From IMG/VR virus record IMGVR_UViG_3300017700_000449, positions 6,470 through 70,469 of that record: a stretch of DNA of 64,000 nt. One strand, 5' to 3'. Origin of the DNA: a virus (Duplodnaviria; Caudoviricetes). Positions 25,608-34,276 of this stretch are shown here, one piece after another. Each line of letters starts with the position of its first letter. The first letter of the stretch is position 1. Under the pieces are notes generated by a model. The model worked only from the letters and a program-made list of their open reading frames with translations. It searched no databases and was not told the DNA's origin. The translations under genes and the position numbers were made by a program.

Positions 25608-27140
25608 GTGGCGCACCGCTGGGCAGCCCCCGAGGTCATAGACCACACACAGACCATCAGGCGCTGCGTGAAGTGCCCGATGCTGAAGATATCCCGGCAC
25701 GAGCCGGATAACTGGCCGCAGCATTGGTACGAGTACGACCGATGCGACGGGACGGGGAGGGTTCATTCCGAGACGGTCCCCGAATGCACGGGCGTGGTCG
25801 CGCCCAAACAGGAGAAGAAAGCCGTGGGTAAAGCACCGAAGAAGGCAGCTACAGAACCCCCGAAGGAGGACGCGCCGCTCAGGCTCGTCGAGCTCAGGGT
25901 CGAGAACTTCCGTAAGCTGAAGGCGGTTCGTATCACCCCGGACGGCGGCCTGTTCACCGTGTCCGGGCGCAACGAGCAGGGCAAAAGCGCCGTGCTCGAC
26001 TCGGTCTACACGGCGATCGGCGGGAAGAAGTATTTCCCGGCCACGCCCATCCGCACGGGCGAGGACAACGCCGAGATCATGCTCGACTTCGGCGGGCTGA
26101 AGATCACCCGCACGATCTGGCGGAAGGAGGACGGCGCCATCGACCACAAGGTCGTTCTGCAGTACGCCGACGGCAAGCGCGCAGCCCGACCGCAGGACGT
26201 CCTGAACGAGCTGCTTGGATCCCCAATCGCCGACGACCCGCTGGCGTTCTCGAAGATGAAGCCGAAGGAGCAGTACGACCTGCTGAAGGGCTTGGTGCCG
26301 AACGTCGACTTCGACGACATCGCCGCGCGACGCGCGGATCTGTACGAGACTCGCACGCAGGTCGGCCGCGAGTTCGAGCGCCTGAAAGGCGCGGTCCTGT
26401 CCATCGCCGTGCCGCAGAACGCCAGAACAGAGGCGATCGACGTGTCGGCGCTGGCCGCGAAGCTGCGCGAGGTCGGGGAGTACAACGCCGCGATCGAGCG
26501 ACGCCGGGACGGGCGCGAGGCAACCGCTCAAAACATCTCCGACAATCTGGACGAGATCGACCGGATCGAGGCGAACATAAAAAACCTGCAGGTCGCCATC
26601 GCTTCGCTGAAGCAGACGAACGGGGAGCTGCAGGCCAAGCTCGACAACGCCGAGCCGCTGCCCGACCTGATGGACGCCGCCGTCATCGAGCAGGAGATCG
26701 CCCAGGCCGACGAGTTGAACAAAGGCTACCGCGCTCGGACCGACCGCGACGCGAAGATCAAGGAGCGGGACGACAAGGAAGCCGAGTACGAGGATCTCAG
26801 CAAGCAGATCGTCGCCGTCGACCAGGAGAAGGCGGACGCGATCGCTGCGGCCAACCTCCCGGTCGAGGGCCTGTCCTTCGGGGACGAACAGATCCTGCTC
26901 GACGGGCTGCCGTTCGCGGACGCGTCGACCGCGCGCAAGATCCGCACGGCCACGGCGCTGCTGATGGCGATGAAGCCCGAGTTGCGCGTGCTGCTGGTCC
27001 GCGAGGGCTCGCTCCTGGACCCGGACGCCCGCGCCGCGCTCGAGGCCGACGCCGAGGCGAACGGGTTCGTGGTGCTGATGGAGTGTGTCGGCGCCGGCGA
27101 CGGTTCGGGCATCGTCATCGAAGACGGGGAGATGGTCTGA
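25608..27140 (+). CDS. SMC/RecN-like AAA ATPase with N-terminal Cys-rich extension
   Basis: LRVENFRKLK, GRNEQGKSAVLD Walker A, long coiled coil, LLVREGSLLD C-terminal motif. Confidence 0.85.
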   Translation: MAHRWAAPEVIDHTQTIRRCVKCPMLKISRHEPDNWPQHWYEYDRCDGTGRVHSETVPECTGVVAPKQEKKAVGKAPKKAATEPPKEDAPLRLVELRVENFRKLKAVRITPDGGLFTVSGRNEQGKSAVLDSVYTAIGGKKYFPATPIRTGEDNAEIMLDFGGLKITRTIWRKEDGAIDHKVVLQYADGKRAARPQDVLNELLGSPIADDPLAFSKMKPKEQYDLLKGLVPNVDFDDIAARRADLYETRTQVGREFERLKGAVLSIAVPQNARTEAIDVSALAAKLREVGEYNAAIERRRDGREATAQNISDNLDEIDRIEANIKNLQVAIASLKQTNGELQAKLDNAEPLPDLMDAAVIEQEIAQADELNKGYRARTDRDAKIKERDDKEAEYEDLSKQIVAVDQEKADAIAAANLPVEGLSFGDEQILLDGLPFADASTARKIRTATALLMAMKPELRVLLVREGSLLDPDARAALEADAEANGFVVLMECVGAGDGSGIVIEDGEMV

Positions 27141-27142
27141 CC

Positions 27143-27379
27143 ATGGCGACCAAGGAACGGTTCGAGTTCAAGCCGGGCGACGAGGCCCACATCGAGAAGA
27201 TCTCCGGCGCCTACCGAGACGCCCTGCTGACCGTGGTCGGGGAAGGCGGTCTGTCCTACGTGAACGCGGCCGAGCATCTCGGCGTCGCGGTCGGCACGGT
27301 CAAGAGCCGGGTCAACCGGGCGAAGGAGGCCATCCTGAAGCTGCGCGCGAAGGCCGTCGAGACCGCGGCGACCGAGTAA
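27143..27379 (+). CDS. stand-alone ECF sigma region 4 protein (EcfG-like)
   Basis: GLSYVNAAEHLGVAVGTVKSRVNRAK HTH; no region 2. Confidence 0.8.
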   Translation: MATKERFEFKPGDEAHIEKISGAYRDALLTVVGEGGLSYVNAAEHLGVAVGTVKSRVNRAKEAILKLRAKAVETAATE

Positions 27380-27466
27380 AGCTGGGGACGACGCTCGCCG
27401 GGGCTGGCCGACTCGCCCCGGCGGGGACTACCCGCTTCACCCGGTCTAACACCCGGGGAGAGCGAG

Positions 27467-27661
27467 ATGCAGGACATGATCAGCGAGATCTGCGACGTCA
27501 TCAACGCGGACGAGGCCATGGACGTGAACGGGAAGATCGCCGCGCTCGGCGCGGTGTTCGAGGCCATCCTGAAGACCGAGGTCGTCCCCACGTTTCACGC
27601 CCAGGCCATCGACAACTTCACCCACCTGTTGCGCCGTCGAGTGGGCGTGACGATCAACTGA
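27467..27661 (+). CDS. hypothetical protein (64 aa)
   Basis: GGAG SD, coding-like. Confidence 0.55.
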   Translation: MQDMISEICDVINADEAMDVNGKIAALGAVFEAILKTEVVPTFHAQAIDNFTHLLRRRVGVTIN

Positions 27662-27667
27662 GGCACC

Positions 27668-27919
27668 ATGAGCAAGCTGAAGAAAGACAAGGACGGCAAC
27701 GAGCAGGTGAAGGAGACCGCGCTGTTCCTCGCCAACATGGCCGCGAGGATACCGCCCCGGATCCAGATCGGCGCCTACGCCGTGCTGCTGTCGTCCACCA
27801 TCGCGTCGTCGATCAAGCCCGAGGACCGGGAAGAACTGTTCGACGAGCTCGTCAAGAACATGCGCCACCAGATCAAGCAGGTCGGCATCAAGGATCGAAA
27901 GGTCGAGGACAATGGCTAA
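27668..27919 (+). CDS. hypothetical protein (83 aa)
   Basis: GAGG SD. Confidence 0.6.
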   Translation: MSKLKKDKDGNEQVKETALFLANMAARIPPRIQIGAYAVLLSSTIASSIKPEDREELFDELVKNMRHQIKQVGIKDRKVEDNG

Positions 27920-28124
27920 GACCATCACCAACGCGGACGTAGGCGCGCGAGTCCGCGCCGCGAGAACGAAGGCCGGCATGTCTCAGCGACAGATGGGCGA
28001 GGCTATCGGCGTGACCGACCAGGCCGTGGGCCTGTACGAAAAAGGAGCGCGCGGTCTGAGCGTGATGATGCTCTACAAGATCGCGCGAGCGACGAAGGTG
28101 AAGCCAGAGGAGTTGCTGCCATGA
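27912..28124 (+). CDS. XRE/Cro-CI helix-turn-helix regulator
   Basis: RVRAARTKAGMSQRQMGEAIGVTDQAVGLYEKG. Confidence 0.85.
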   Translation: MAKTITNADVGARVRAARTKAGMSQRQMGEAIGVTDQAVGLYEKGARGLSVMMLYKIARATKVKPEELLP

Positions 28125-28453
28125 ATGCCCCCACCACCTCGCCCGAGCCGGATGCGGTGAGGGAGGCGCTGGAAACGTCCGAGCGTTTGCATCGCTACCA
28201 CAACAACCTTCCCGAAGCAGAACTATGCAGCAAGGCCCTCGCCGCCCTCAGCGCGCCAGTAGCCGGGGAAGTGCCCGAGCCGGATGCGGTGAGGAAGGCG
28301 TTGGCAAATCGCATATCTTCTTCGGCCAAATGGTGGAGCGAAACACATGGCCGCGAGAACGCGACGATCATGGACCTGACGCGGGAGGAGCATGATTTGA
28401 TAATCGCCGCCCTCAGCGCGCCAGTAGCCGGGGGCGGCGACAAAACCACCTGA
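28121..28453 (+). CDS. modular two-cassette protein (PEPDAVR..ALSAPVAG x2)
   Basis: ATGA overlap; in-frame tandem units. Confidence 0.6.
   Translation: MNAPTTSPEPDAVREALETSERLHRYHNNLPEAELCSKALAALSAPVAGEVPEPDAVRKALANRISSSAKWWSETHGRENATIMDLTREEHDLIIAALSAPVAGGGDKTT
28141..28433 (+). repeat. A-X1-B-A-X2-B repeat (22-bp A, 30-bp B)
   Basis: A identical at 28141..28162 and 28273..28294; B identical at 28239..28268 and 28404..28433. Confidence 0.85.
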
Positions 28454-28480
28454 CATCCTGTTTTCCGGCTGGTCATCGGC

Positions 28481-28496
28481 AAACAGATCGTATAGG
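28481..28496 (+). promoter_or_regulatory. 16-bp recurring motif AAACAGATCGTATAGG
   Basis: 36 bp upstream of the exonuclease gene. Confidence 0.5.
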
Positions 28497-28532
28497 ACCG
28501 ACCTTGGTCTAACCGTTCACACACTGGAGAAA

Positions 28533-29627
28533 ATGATGCCAAAAGCAGCATCGACGACGCCTGCCGCCATCAAGCCTGCACCCGCTGAGAAGCCGGTCGA
28601 ACTGAAACTCCCCGACGGAATCTACCTCGGCCTGGACGAGGATCGGTACCACGCCGACTCGGCCCTCGGTTCAAGCAACATCCGCGATCTGCTGAAGGGC
28701 GCGAACCTGTACTGGTTCAAATCGTGGATGAACCCGAAGAAGCCGAAGGACAAGAAGACCGACTCCAAGATCCTCGGCTCCGCGACGCACAAGCTGCTGC
28801 TCGAAGGGTTCGACGCGTTCAGCGCGATCTACGTGCGAGGCCCCTACACCGAGGCCGACGAGCACCTGTCCTCGGCTGAAAAAAGTGCGCTGACCAAGGC
28901 CTCGAAAGCGAAGTTGTACGAAGGTCAGTATCTGCTCAAGGGCGACGACTACGACTTCGTCATGAGCTGCAAGGACGTTCTCGACGCCGACCCCGAGCTG
29001 CATGGCTGCCTCGACAACGGCCCGAGCGAGGTTTCGATCTTCTGGACCCGACCGGACGGCGTTCGCTGCAAGGTCCGCCTCGACAAGCTGAAGATCGGCG
29101 GCATCGGCGACATCAAGACCATCGCCAACGAGCGCGAGCGCGACCTCGAGGTCGCCTGCATGCTCGACATCCACACCTACCGCTACGACATCCCGGCAGA
29201 GCATTACAGCGAGGGCCGCCGGCAGATGGCGGCGCTCCTGAAGGCCGGGAAGGTGTTCGGCGGTACCGAGCCTTTCGGGAAGCCCTACCTCGGAGACGAC
29301 GTCAAACTGAAGGGCACGCAGACCTACAGCCCCGACGAGGTCGCTGTTCTCGAGTTTCTGAAGAAGTGCGTCGAGCGCAAGAGCTTCGGCTTCCAGTTCG
29401 TCTTCATACCGAAGACCGGGGCTCCTGACGCTTGGTCGACCGTGATCACTTCGCACCCGGAGAACCTGTTCACGCGCGGCGCTAAGATGGACATCGAGAC
29501 GGCGATCGGTCGCTACAAGGCGGCGCGCGAGCAGTTCGGCACGGACCAGCGCTGGCTGCCGCGCAAGCCGGTCGAGGAGCTCGACATCAACCGCATGCCC
29601 TTCGGCTTCGGCCGGGTGACTGGCTGA
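28533..29627 (+). CDS. PD-(D/E)XK exonuclease VIII-like (DUF3799/RecE-type)
   Basis: YHAD..LGSS, GSATHKLLLE, EVSIFW..CKVRLDKL..DIKT. Confidence 0.85.
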   Translation: MMPKAASTTPAAIKPAPAEKPVELKLPDGIYLGLDEDRYHADSALGSSNIRDLLKGANLYWFKSWMNPKKPKDKKTDSKILGSATHKLLLEGFDAFSAIYVRGPYTEADEHLSSAEKSALTKASKAKLYEGQYLLKGDDYDFVMSCKDVLDADPELHGCLDNGPSEVSIFWTRPDGVRCKVRLDKLKIGGIGDIKTIANERERDLEVACMLDIHTYRYDIPAEHYSEGRRQMAALLKAGKVFGGTEPFGKPYLGDDVKLKGTQTYSPDEVAVLEFLKKCVERKSFGFQFVFIPKTGAPDAWSTVITSHPENLFTRGAKMDIETAIGRYKAAREQFGTDQRWLPRKPVEELDINRMPFGFGRVTG

Positions 29628-29632
29628 AACAA

Positions 29633-29653
29633 TCGGGGCGCCTCCCGCGCCCC
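29633..29653 (+). terminator. hairpin after the exonuclease gene
   Basis: CGGGGCGC/GCGCCCCG stem followed by TAGTTGTTCT; boundaries approximate. Confidence 0.4.
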
Positions 29654-29765
29654 GTAGTTGTTCTGCGTAGCGCGCTGCGCAGAGGCCGAGGGCAGGGAGC
29701 GTCTGATTAGGCCCGGACAGACTAGCATCCCTGCCGTTTTTTCAACGCACGACGGAGGAAACATC

Positions 29766-31352
29766 GTGAGCAACCAGTACGACGAGAACGGCCCTATCCT
29801 CGACAGCGAGACCGGCGAGATCATCGCGGTCGAGCCCACCGGCGGTTTGCAGCCGGTCATCACCGCCGAGATCAACCAGGCGGTCGCCACCGCGCACAAG
29901 TACCCGCGACGCCGGGATCAGGAGATCATCAACGAGATCACCGGCCGCGCCACCCTGGACGAGGACATCGCCGCAGAGTGCAGCTATTCCCTGAAGCGCG
30001 GCAACAAGCAGATCACCGGCCCGAGCATCCGGTTCGCTGAGATCGTTCGCGCGTCCTACGGCAACATCCGCGTCGCCTCGCGCTTCGTTGCGCTCGACAT
30101 GGCCGACCCTGAGCGCGCCGCCGTCATCGTAGAGGCCGTGGCCCTCGACCTTCAGATGAACCAAGCGGAGATCATCCCCAACCGTCGCAGCATCATGACG
30201 TCGGGGACCAACGGCAGGAAGCCGCAGATCTACTCGGCCGACATGATCAACATGACCGTGAACGCCGCGTCGTCGATCGCGCGCCGCAACGCCATCCTGT
30301 CCGTGGTCCCGAAGGTCCTCTGGCAGGGCGGCTACCAGCGCGTCATCAAGGTCCTGATGGGCAACGCCGACACGCTGATCCAGCGCCGCGAGAAGATGAT
30401 CGAGGCGTTCGCCCGGTTCGACGTCACGCCGGAGGCGCTCTTTCAGGCGCTCGGCGTGGTGAACGTGTCGGAGATCAAGGTCGACCACATGCCGGCGATG
30501 GTCGGCATGCTGACCGCCATCAAGGACGGCGAGCAGATCGACTCCGTCCTCGGCCGCGGCGGCGTGACGGAGCGACCGAAGTTTCAGGGCGCCGGCAACG
30601 TTTTGAAGGACACCCCGGATCAGGTCAGCGAGACCATCGCGAAGAACGCCGACGAGGCCACGCAGGGCGCCCAGGCAGCTGCAGCAGCACGCGCCGCCCC
30701 CAAGGAGGAAGCGAAGTCGGAGCCGCGGCGCACCGCGGTCAACCCCGACGACCGGTTCAACGGCGACGCCAAGGATTTCGCCTCGGCCGACTTCGTGATC
30801 AGCCGGTCGGGCAAGATCCTGAAGGACCGCGGCGAGCAGCCGAAGTTCATCATCGACCAGCGGTTCGACCGCGGCGACAGCGGGAAGGACGACCTGTTCA
30901 GCTCCTACGACGAGTGGACCGGCATCTGCACCTCCAACAGCGTGGCGACGGAACTCGGTCAGGAGTGGAAGCAGCCCGACGTTCAGGGGAGCGAGGACGA
31001 CGCTGTTCGCTCGCAGGGCAGCCAGCCCGACGGCGACGAACGGCCAGCGGGGGCTGCTGACGAGCCTGCCAAGACCGCCGACACGCGACAGCGCGCTCCT
31101 GAAACCAGCGCGTCCAGCAAGCCGGCTGCGAGCCGTGGGGCTGCTCCGCCCCCGAAAGGCCTGACGTTCGACGGCCCTGAGGGCTACATCAGCCACATGC
31201 GGGACACTTTCGACCGCGCGACCAGCAAAACCGCCATCAACGAGGCGTGGAACGGAACCCGCGAGGACCGCAAGGAGCTGCTCGGCCTGGACGAGATCGA
31301 CGCCCTGACCAAGGAGCGCGACGACGCCCTCAAGCGTTTCGCGAGGGCGTGA
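29766..31352 (+). CDS. probable ssDNA-annealing/recombination protein with low-complexity C-half
   Basis: AEINQAVATAHKYPR, GPSIRFAE motifs; follows the RecE-like gene. Confidence 0.6.
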   Translation: MSNQYDENGPILDSETGEIIAVEPTGGLQPVITAEINQAVATAHKYPRRRDQEIINEITGRATLDEDIAAECSYSLKRGNKQITGPSIRFAEIVRASYGNIRVASRFVALDMADPERAAVIVEAVALDLQMNQAEIIPNRRSIMTSGTNGRKPQIYSADMINMTVNAASSIARRNAILSVVPKVLWQGGYQRVIKVLMGNADTLIQRREKMIEAFARFDVTPEALFQALGVVNVSEIKVDHMPAMVGMLTAIKDGEQIDSVLGRGGVTERPKFQGAGNVLKDTPDQVSETIAKNADEATQGAQAAAAARAAPKEEAKSEPRRTAVNPDDRFNGDAKDFASADFVISRSGKILKDRGEQPKFIIDQRFDRGDSGKDDLFSSYDEWTGICTSNSVATELGQEWKQPDVQGSEDDAVRSQGSQPDGDERPAGAADEPAKTADTRQRAPETSASSKPAASRGAAPPPKGLTFDGPEGYISHMRDTFDRATSKTAINEAWNGTREDRKELLGLDEIDALTKERDDALKRFARA

Positions 31353-31663
31353 TGGCGTTCAGCATGGACAGGGACGCCCTGTCGGGACTCCGGATGAAGA
31401 TGCAGACCATGCTTCACGACCCCGCGGTGCCGAGCAAGTACTCGACCGACCTGTCGACTGTCATGAGGTACCTGGACGGCGTCGCGTCGGACATTCGCCG
31501 CGAGGCGATCTTCAAGGCCGGCGCCGATACGGGCGTTCTTCAGGCCGGCGACATCCTGTTCGAGGGACATCCTCTCGGCAGCATGGAGCGCTGCACGTTC
31601 TACGACGGGCACGCCTCGACGCATCCCGGCTTCAAGAACCCCTATCGGTCGGGAGGGCGCTGA
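31352..31663 (+). CDS. hypothetical protein
   Basis: TGATG couplings at both ends. Confidence 0.55.
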   Translation: MAFSMDRDALSGLRMKMQTMLHDPAVPSKYSTDLSTVMRYLDGVASDIRREAIFKAGADTGVLQAGDILFEGHPLGSMERCTFYDGHASTHPGFKNPYRSGGR

Positions 31664-32874
31664 TGGATTGGTCCCCTCAACAGGACGCGGCCCTCGAAAA
31701 GGTCCGCCGCTGGCTGTCCGCCGAGTCGTGGCTCGACGGCGGCAGCAAGAACCAGATCTTTCGCCTGTTTGGGTACGCCGGGACGGGCAAGACCCCGCTG
31801 GCGATGACGATAGCCGACATGGTCCAGGGAGAGGTCCTGTTCTCCGCCTTCACCGGCAAGGCCGCGCTGGTGATGCGCAAGAAGGGCTGCTGGAACGCGT
31901 CGACGATCCACTCGCTGATCTACAAGCCCCGCCGCGAGAAGCGCGACGGGGACGAAGACGACGGCGTGCCGGCGTGGCAGATCAACCCGGAGAGCGCGGT
32001 GAAGTATGCCTCGCTCGTCATCGTCGACGAATGCTCGATGGTTGGCGAGGAGCTGGCGCGCGACCTCCTGTCGTTCAACACGCCGGTCCTGGTGCTAGGC
32101 GACCCGGCGCAGCTTCCCCCGGTCGCCGGCGCCGGCTTCTTCACCGACGCCGAGCCTGACGTGATGCTGACCGAGATCCACCGGCAGGCCGCCGAGAACC
32201 CGATCGTGCGTATCGCGACGCTGATCAGGACGGGCGGGACCCTGGTGGTCGGCAACCACGTCGGGCCGACGAAGGGAACGGGCGTGTCGATCATCACGCG
32301 CGACAGGCTGCAGAGGAAGTCTGAGATGGGAGCAGGACAGATCCTGTGCGGGAAGAACGACACCCGCGTCACGATCAACCGGCGGATCAGGAAGGGCCTC
32401 ATGGACGACGGCCTGCTGCCGAGGGGCGACGACACGCCCGTCGAAGGCGACCGCGTGATCTGTCTGAAGAACAAACGCGACCGCGGCCTCCTGAACGGCG
32501 GCATGTGGGAGGTGAAGGAGATCCTCGACAGGATGCCAGAGGCGAAGAAGCCCGGGCGCCGGGACGTCTCGTTCCTCGAGCTGGACTCGCAAGACGACAT
32601 GGGGATCAGCCACGTCAAAGTCCCGCACGCGTTCTGGTTCTGGAACAACAGGCCGAACGACCTTCGCCTTCCGTCCGGCCTGTCCAGGCAGAACCATGAC
32701 GAGTTCGACTACGCCTACGCCGTGACCTGCCACAAATCGCAGGGCTCGCAGTGGGACAAGGTCCTCGTCTTCGACGAAAGCCGTGTCTTCGGACGGGAGG
32801 ACGACAGCATCCCCGCCCGCTGGCTCTACACCGCAGTCACCCGCGCAGCCGAAGCGCTGATCGTCGTCGTTTGA
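31663..32874 (+). CDS. Dda/RecD2-like SF1B helicase
   Basis: GYAGTGKT, IVDECSM, GDPAQLPPV, YAVTCHKSQGSQW, YTAVTRA. Confidence 0.92.
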   Translation: MDWSPQQDAALEKVRRWLSAESWLDGGSKNQIFRLFGYAGTGKTPLAMTIADMVQGEVLFSAFTGKAALVMRKKGCWNASTIHSLIYKPRREKRDGDEDDGVPAWQINPESAVKYASLVIVDECSMVGEELARDLLSFNTPVLVLGDPAQLPPVAGAGFFTDAEPDVMLTEIHRQAAENPIVRIATLIRTGGTLVVGNHVGPTKGTGVSIITRDRLQRKSEMGAGQILCGKNDTRVTINRRIRKGLMDDGLLPRGDDTPVEGDRVICLKNKRDRGLLNGGMWEVKEILDRMPEAKKPGRRDVSFLELDSQDDMGISHVKVPHAFWFWNNRPNDLRLPSGLSRQNHDEFDYAYAVTCHKSQGSQWDKVLVFDESRVFGREDDSIPARWLYTAVTRAAEALIVVV

Positions 32875-32885
32875 AGGAGGAAGCC

Positions 32886-33269
32886 GTGAGCAAAGACGTC
32901 AAGACCTACCCGATCCACAAGTCGTTCGAGGAGATATGCAACCCCGACAGGTGGACGACCGTGTCCAGCCAGAGCATCTTGCGGTCGGCGTCCAAGCTGG
33001 TCGACGCCGTGGTCCAGGGGTACGAGACCACGGTCGAGCGAGCGATGATACATCACGGCCACATCAAAGAGGGCGAGAAACTTCCCGAAAGCACGACCGA
33101 CTCGTTCCTGACGGTCCTCCTGATCGGCGTCGCGAGCTACGCCGCGGCCGACGCCAGCATGCGCGGGAAGCAGTTCAGCGCCACCGAGTTCGCGAACCTC
33201 GCTCGTAAGGTCGGCGGCGTGGCGGAGAAAGAACAGGAGAGCGTCGAGGCAGAGGTGGGCATGTCATGA
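32886..33269 (+). CDS. hypothetical protein
   Basis: AAGGAGG SD, GTG start. Confidence 0.6.
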   Translation: MSKDVKTYPIHKSFEEICNPDRWTTVSSQSILRSASKLVDAVVQGYETTVERAMIHHGHIKEGEKLPESTTDSFLTVLLIGVASYAAADASMRGKQFSATEFANLARKVGGVAEKEQESVEAEVGMS

Positions 33270-33502
33270 GCCAGCGCAAGCGAACTGACGTTGAGTTCAA
33301 CATGGGGAAAGTGCTTCGCGTCGAGGAGCGCTTCAAGTCCACGCACGTCCGCGGCGCCGGCAAGGACGCCGTCATGGGCGAGGTTTCGATCGGTCACTTC
33401 GTCCTGCTCGACAACGGGACGTCGCTCGGCTTCGGCGAGTTGGTGCCCGATTGCCAGCCCGGCGACAGCCTGGTGATCTCTTTCCGCCGGGTGCTGCCGT
33501 GA
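33266..33502 (+). CDS. hypothetical protein (78 aa)
   Basis: Overlap-coupled at both ends. Confidence 0.6.
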   Translation: MSQRKRTDVEFNMGKVLRVEERFKSTHVRGAGKDAVMGEVSIGHFVLLDNGTSLGFGELVPDCQPGDSLVISFRRVLP

Positions 33503-34209
33503 AGATCCGGTGCATCGACACGGAGACGACGGGCATGCCGTCCGACCAGGAGCGCGCGCACGCGCTCGTCGAGGTCGGCTGGTGCGACCTGACCGACGAC
33601 TTCGTCGGAAACCCACACGGCGAGCTCGTCAACCCCGGGCGCCCGATACCGATCCCCGCGCGCGCTGTTCACCACATCAGCGACGAGGACGTGGCGGACG
33701 CCATCTCCCCGACCGAGGCCTGCATGATCCTGAACGACGGCGATCACGAGTTCGTCTGCGCTCACAACGTCGACTTCGAGAAGCTGTTCGTCGGGATCGG
33801 AGAACGGCAGTGGATCTGCACCTACAAATCCGCGCTGCGCGTCTGGCCCGAGGCTCCCGGCCACAAGCTGGCGGAGCTGATGTATTTCCTTGAGGTCGAC
33901 AAAGATCCTGACTTTTTCAAGGGACTCGCGCAGCCGCTGCACCGCGCAGCCCCCGACGCCTACGTCTGCGCTTTCGTGCTGCGAAGGATGCTGAGAGAGG
34001 CTTCGCTGAAGGACATCCTGAAATGGTCGAGCGGCCCGGCGCTGCTCCACATGTGCTTCATGAAGAAGCACGCGAACAAACCGTGGTCGCAGGTCGCGCA
34101 GGACGACCCGGAATACATGCTCTGGATCGTCAACAAAAGCGACGTGAAAGACAAGGACATCCGAGCGACGTGTCGCTACTGGCTGCGCCTCAAAGGCCAC
34201 ATCACCTAA
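33499..34209 (+). CDS. DEDDh 3'-5' exonuclease (exonuclease X / DnaQ-like)
   Basis: IDTETTG, AHNVDFE, HRAAPDAY. Confidence 0.9.
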   Translation: MKIRCIDTETTGMPSDQERAHALVEVGWCDLTDDFVGNPHGELVNPGRPIPIPARAVHHISDEDVADAISPTEACMILNDGDHEFVCAHNVDFEKLFVGIGERQWICTYKSALRVWPEAPGHKLAELMYFLEVDKDPDFFKGLAQPLHRAAPDAYVCAFVLRRMLREASLKDILKWSSGPALLHMCFMKKHANKPWSQVAQDDPEYMLWIVNKSDVKDKDIRATCRYWLRLKGHIT

Positions 34210-34276
34210 GCATCGAAGCCCGCTCCCGGCGGAACGTAACCGCCTCAACACCACCCACCACGACGGAGAGAACAGA

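Noticed and set aside
28141-28433. CRISPR-like appearance of repeats with unique spacers
   Set aside because: Only two units, two different repeat types, in-frame coding, no cas genes
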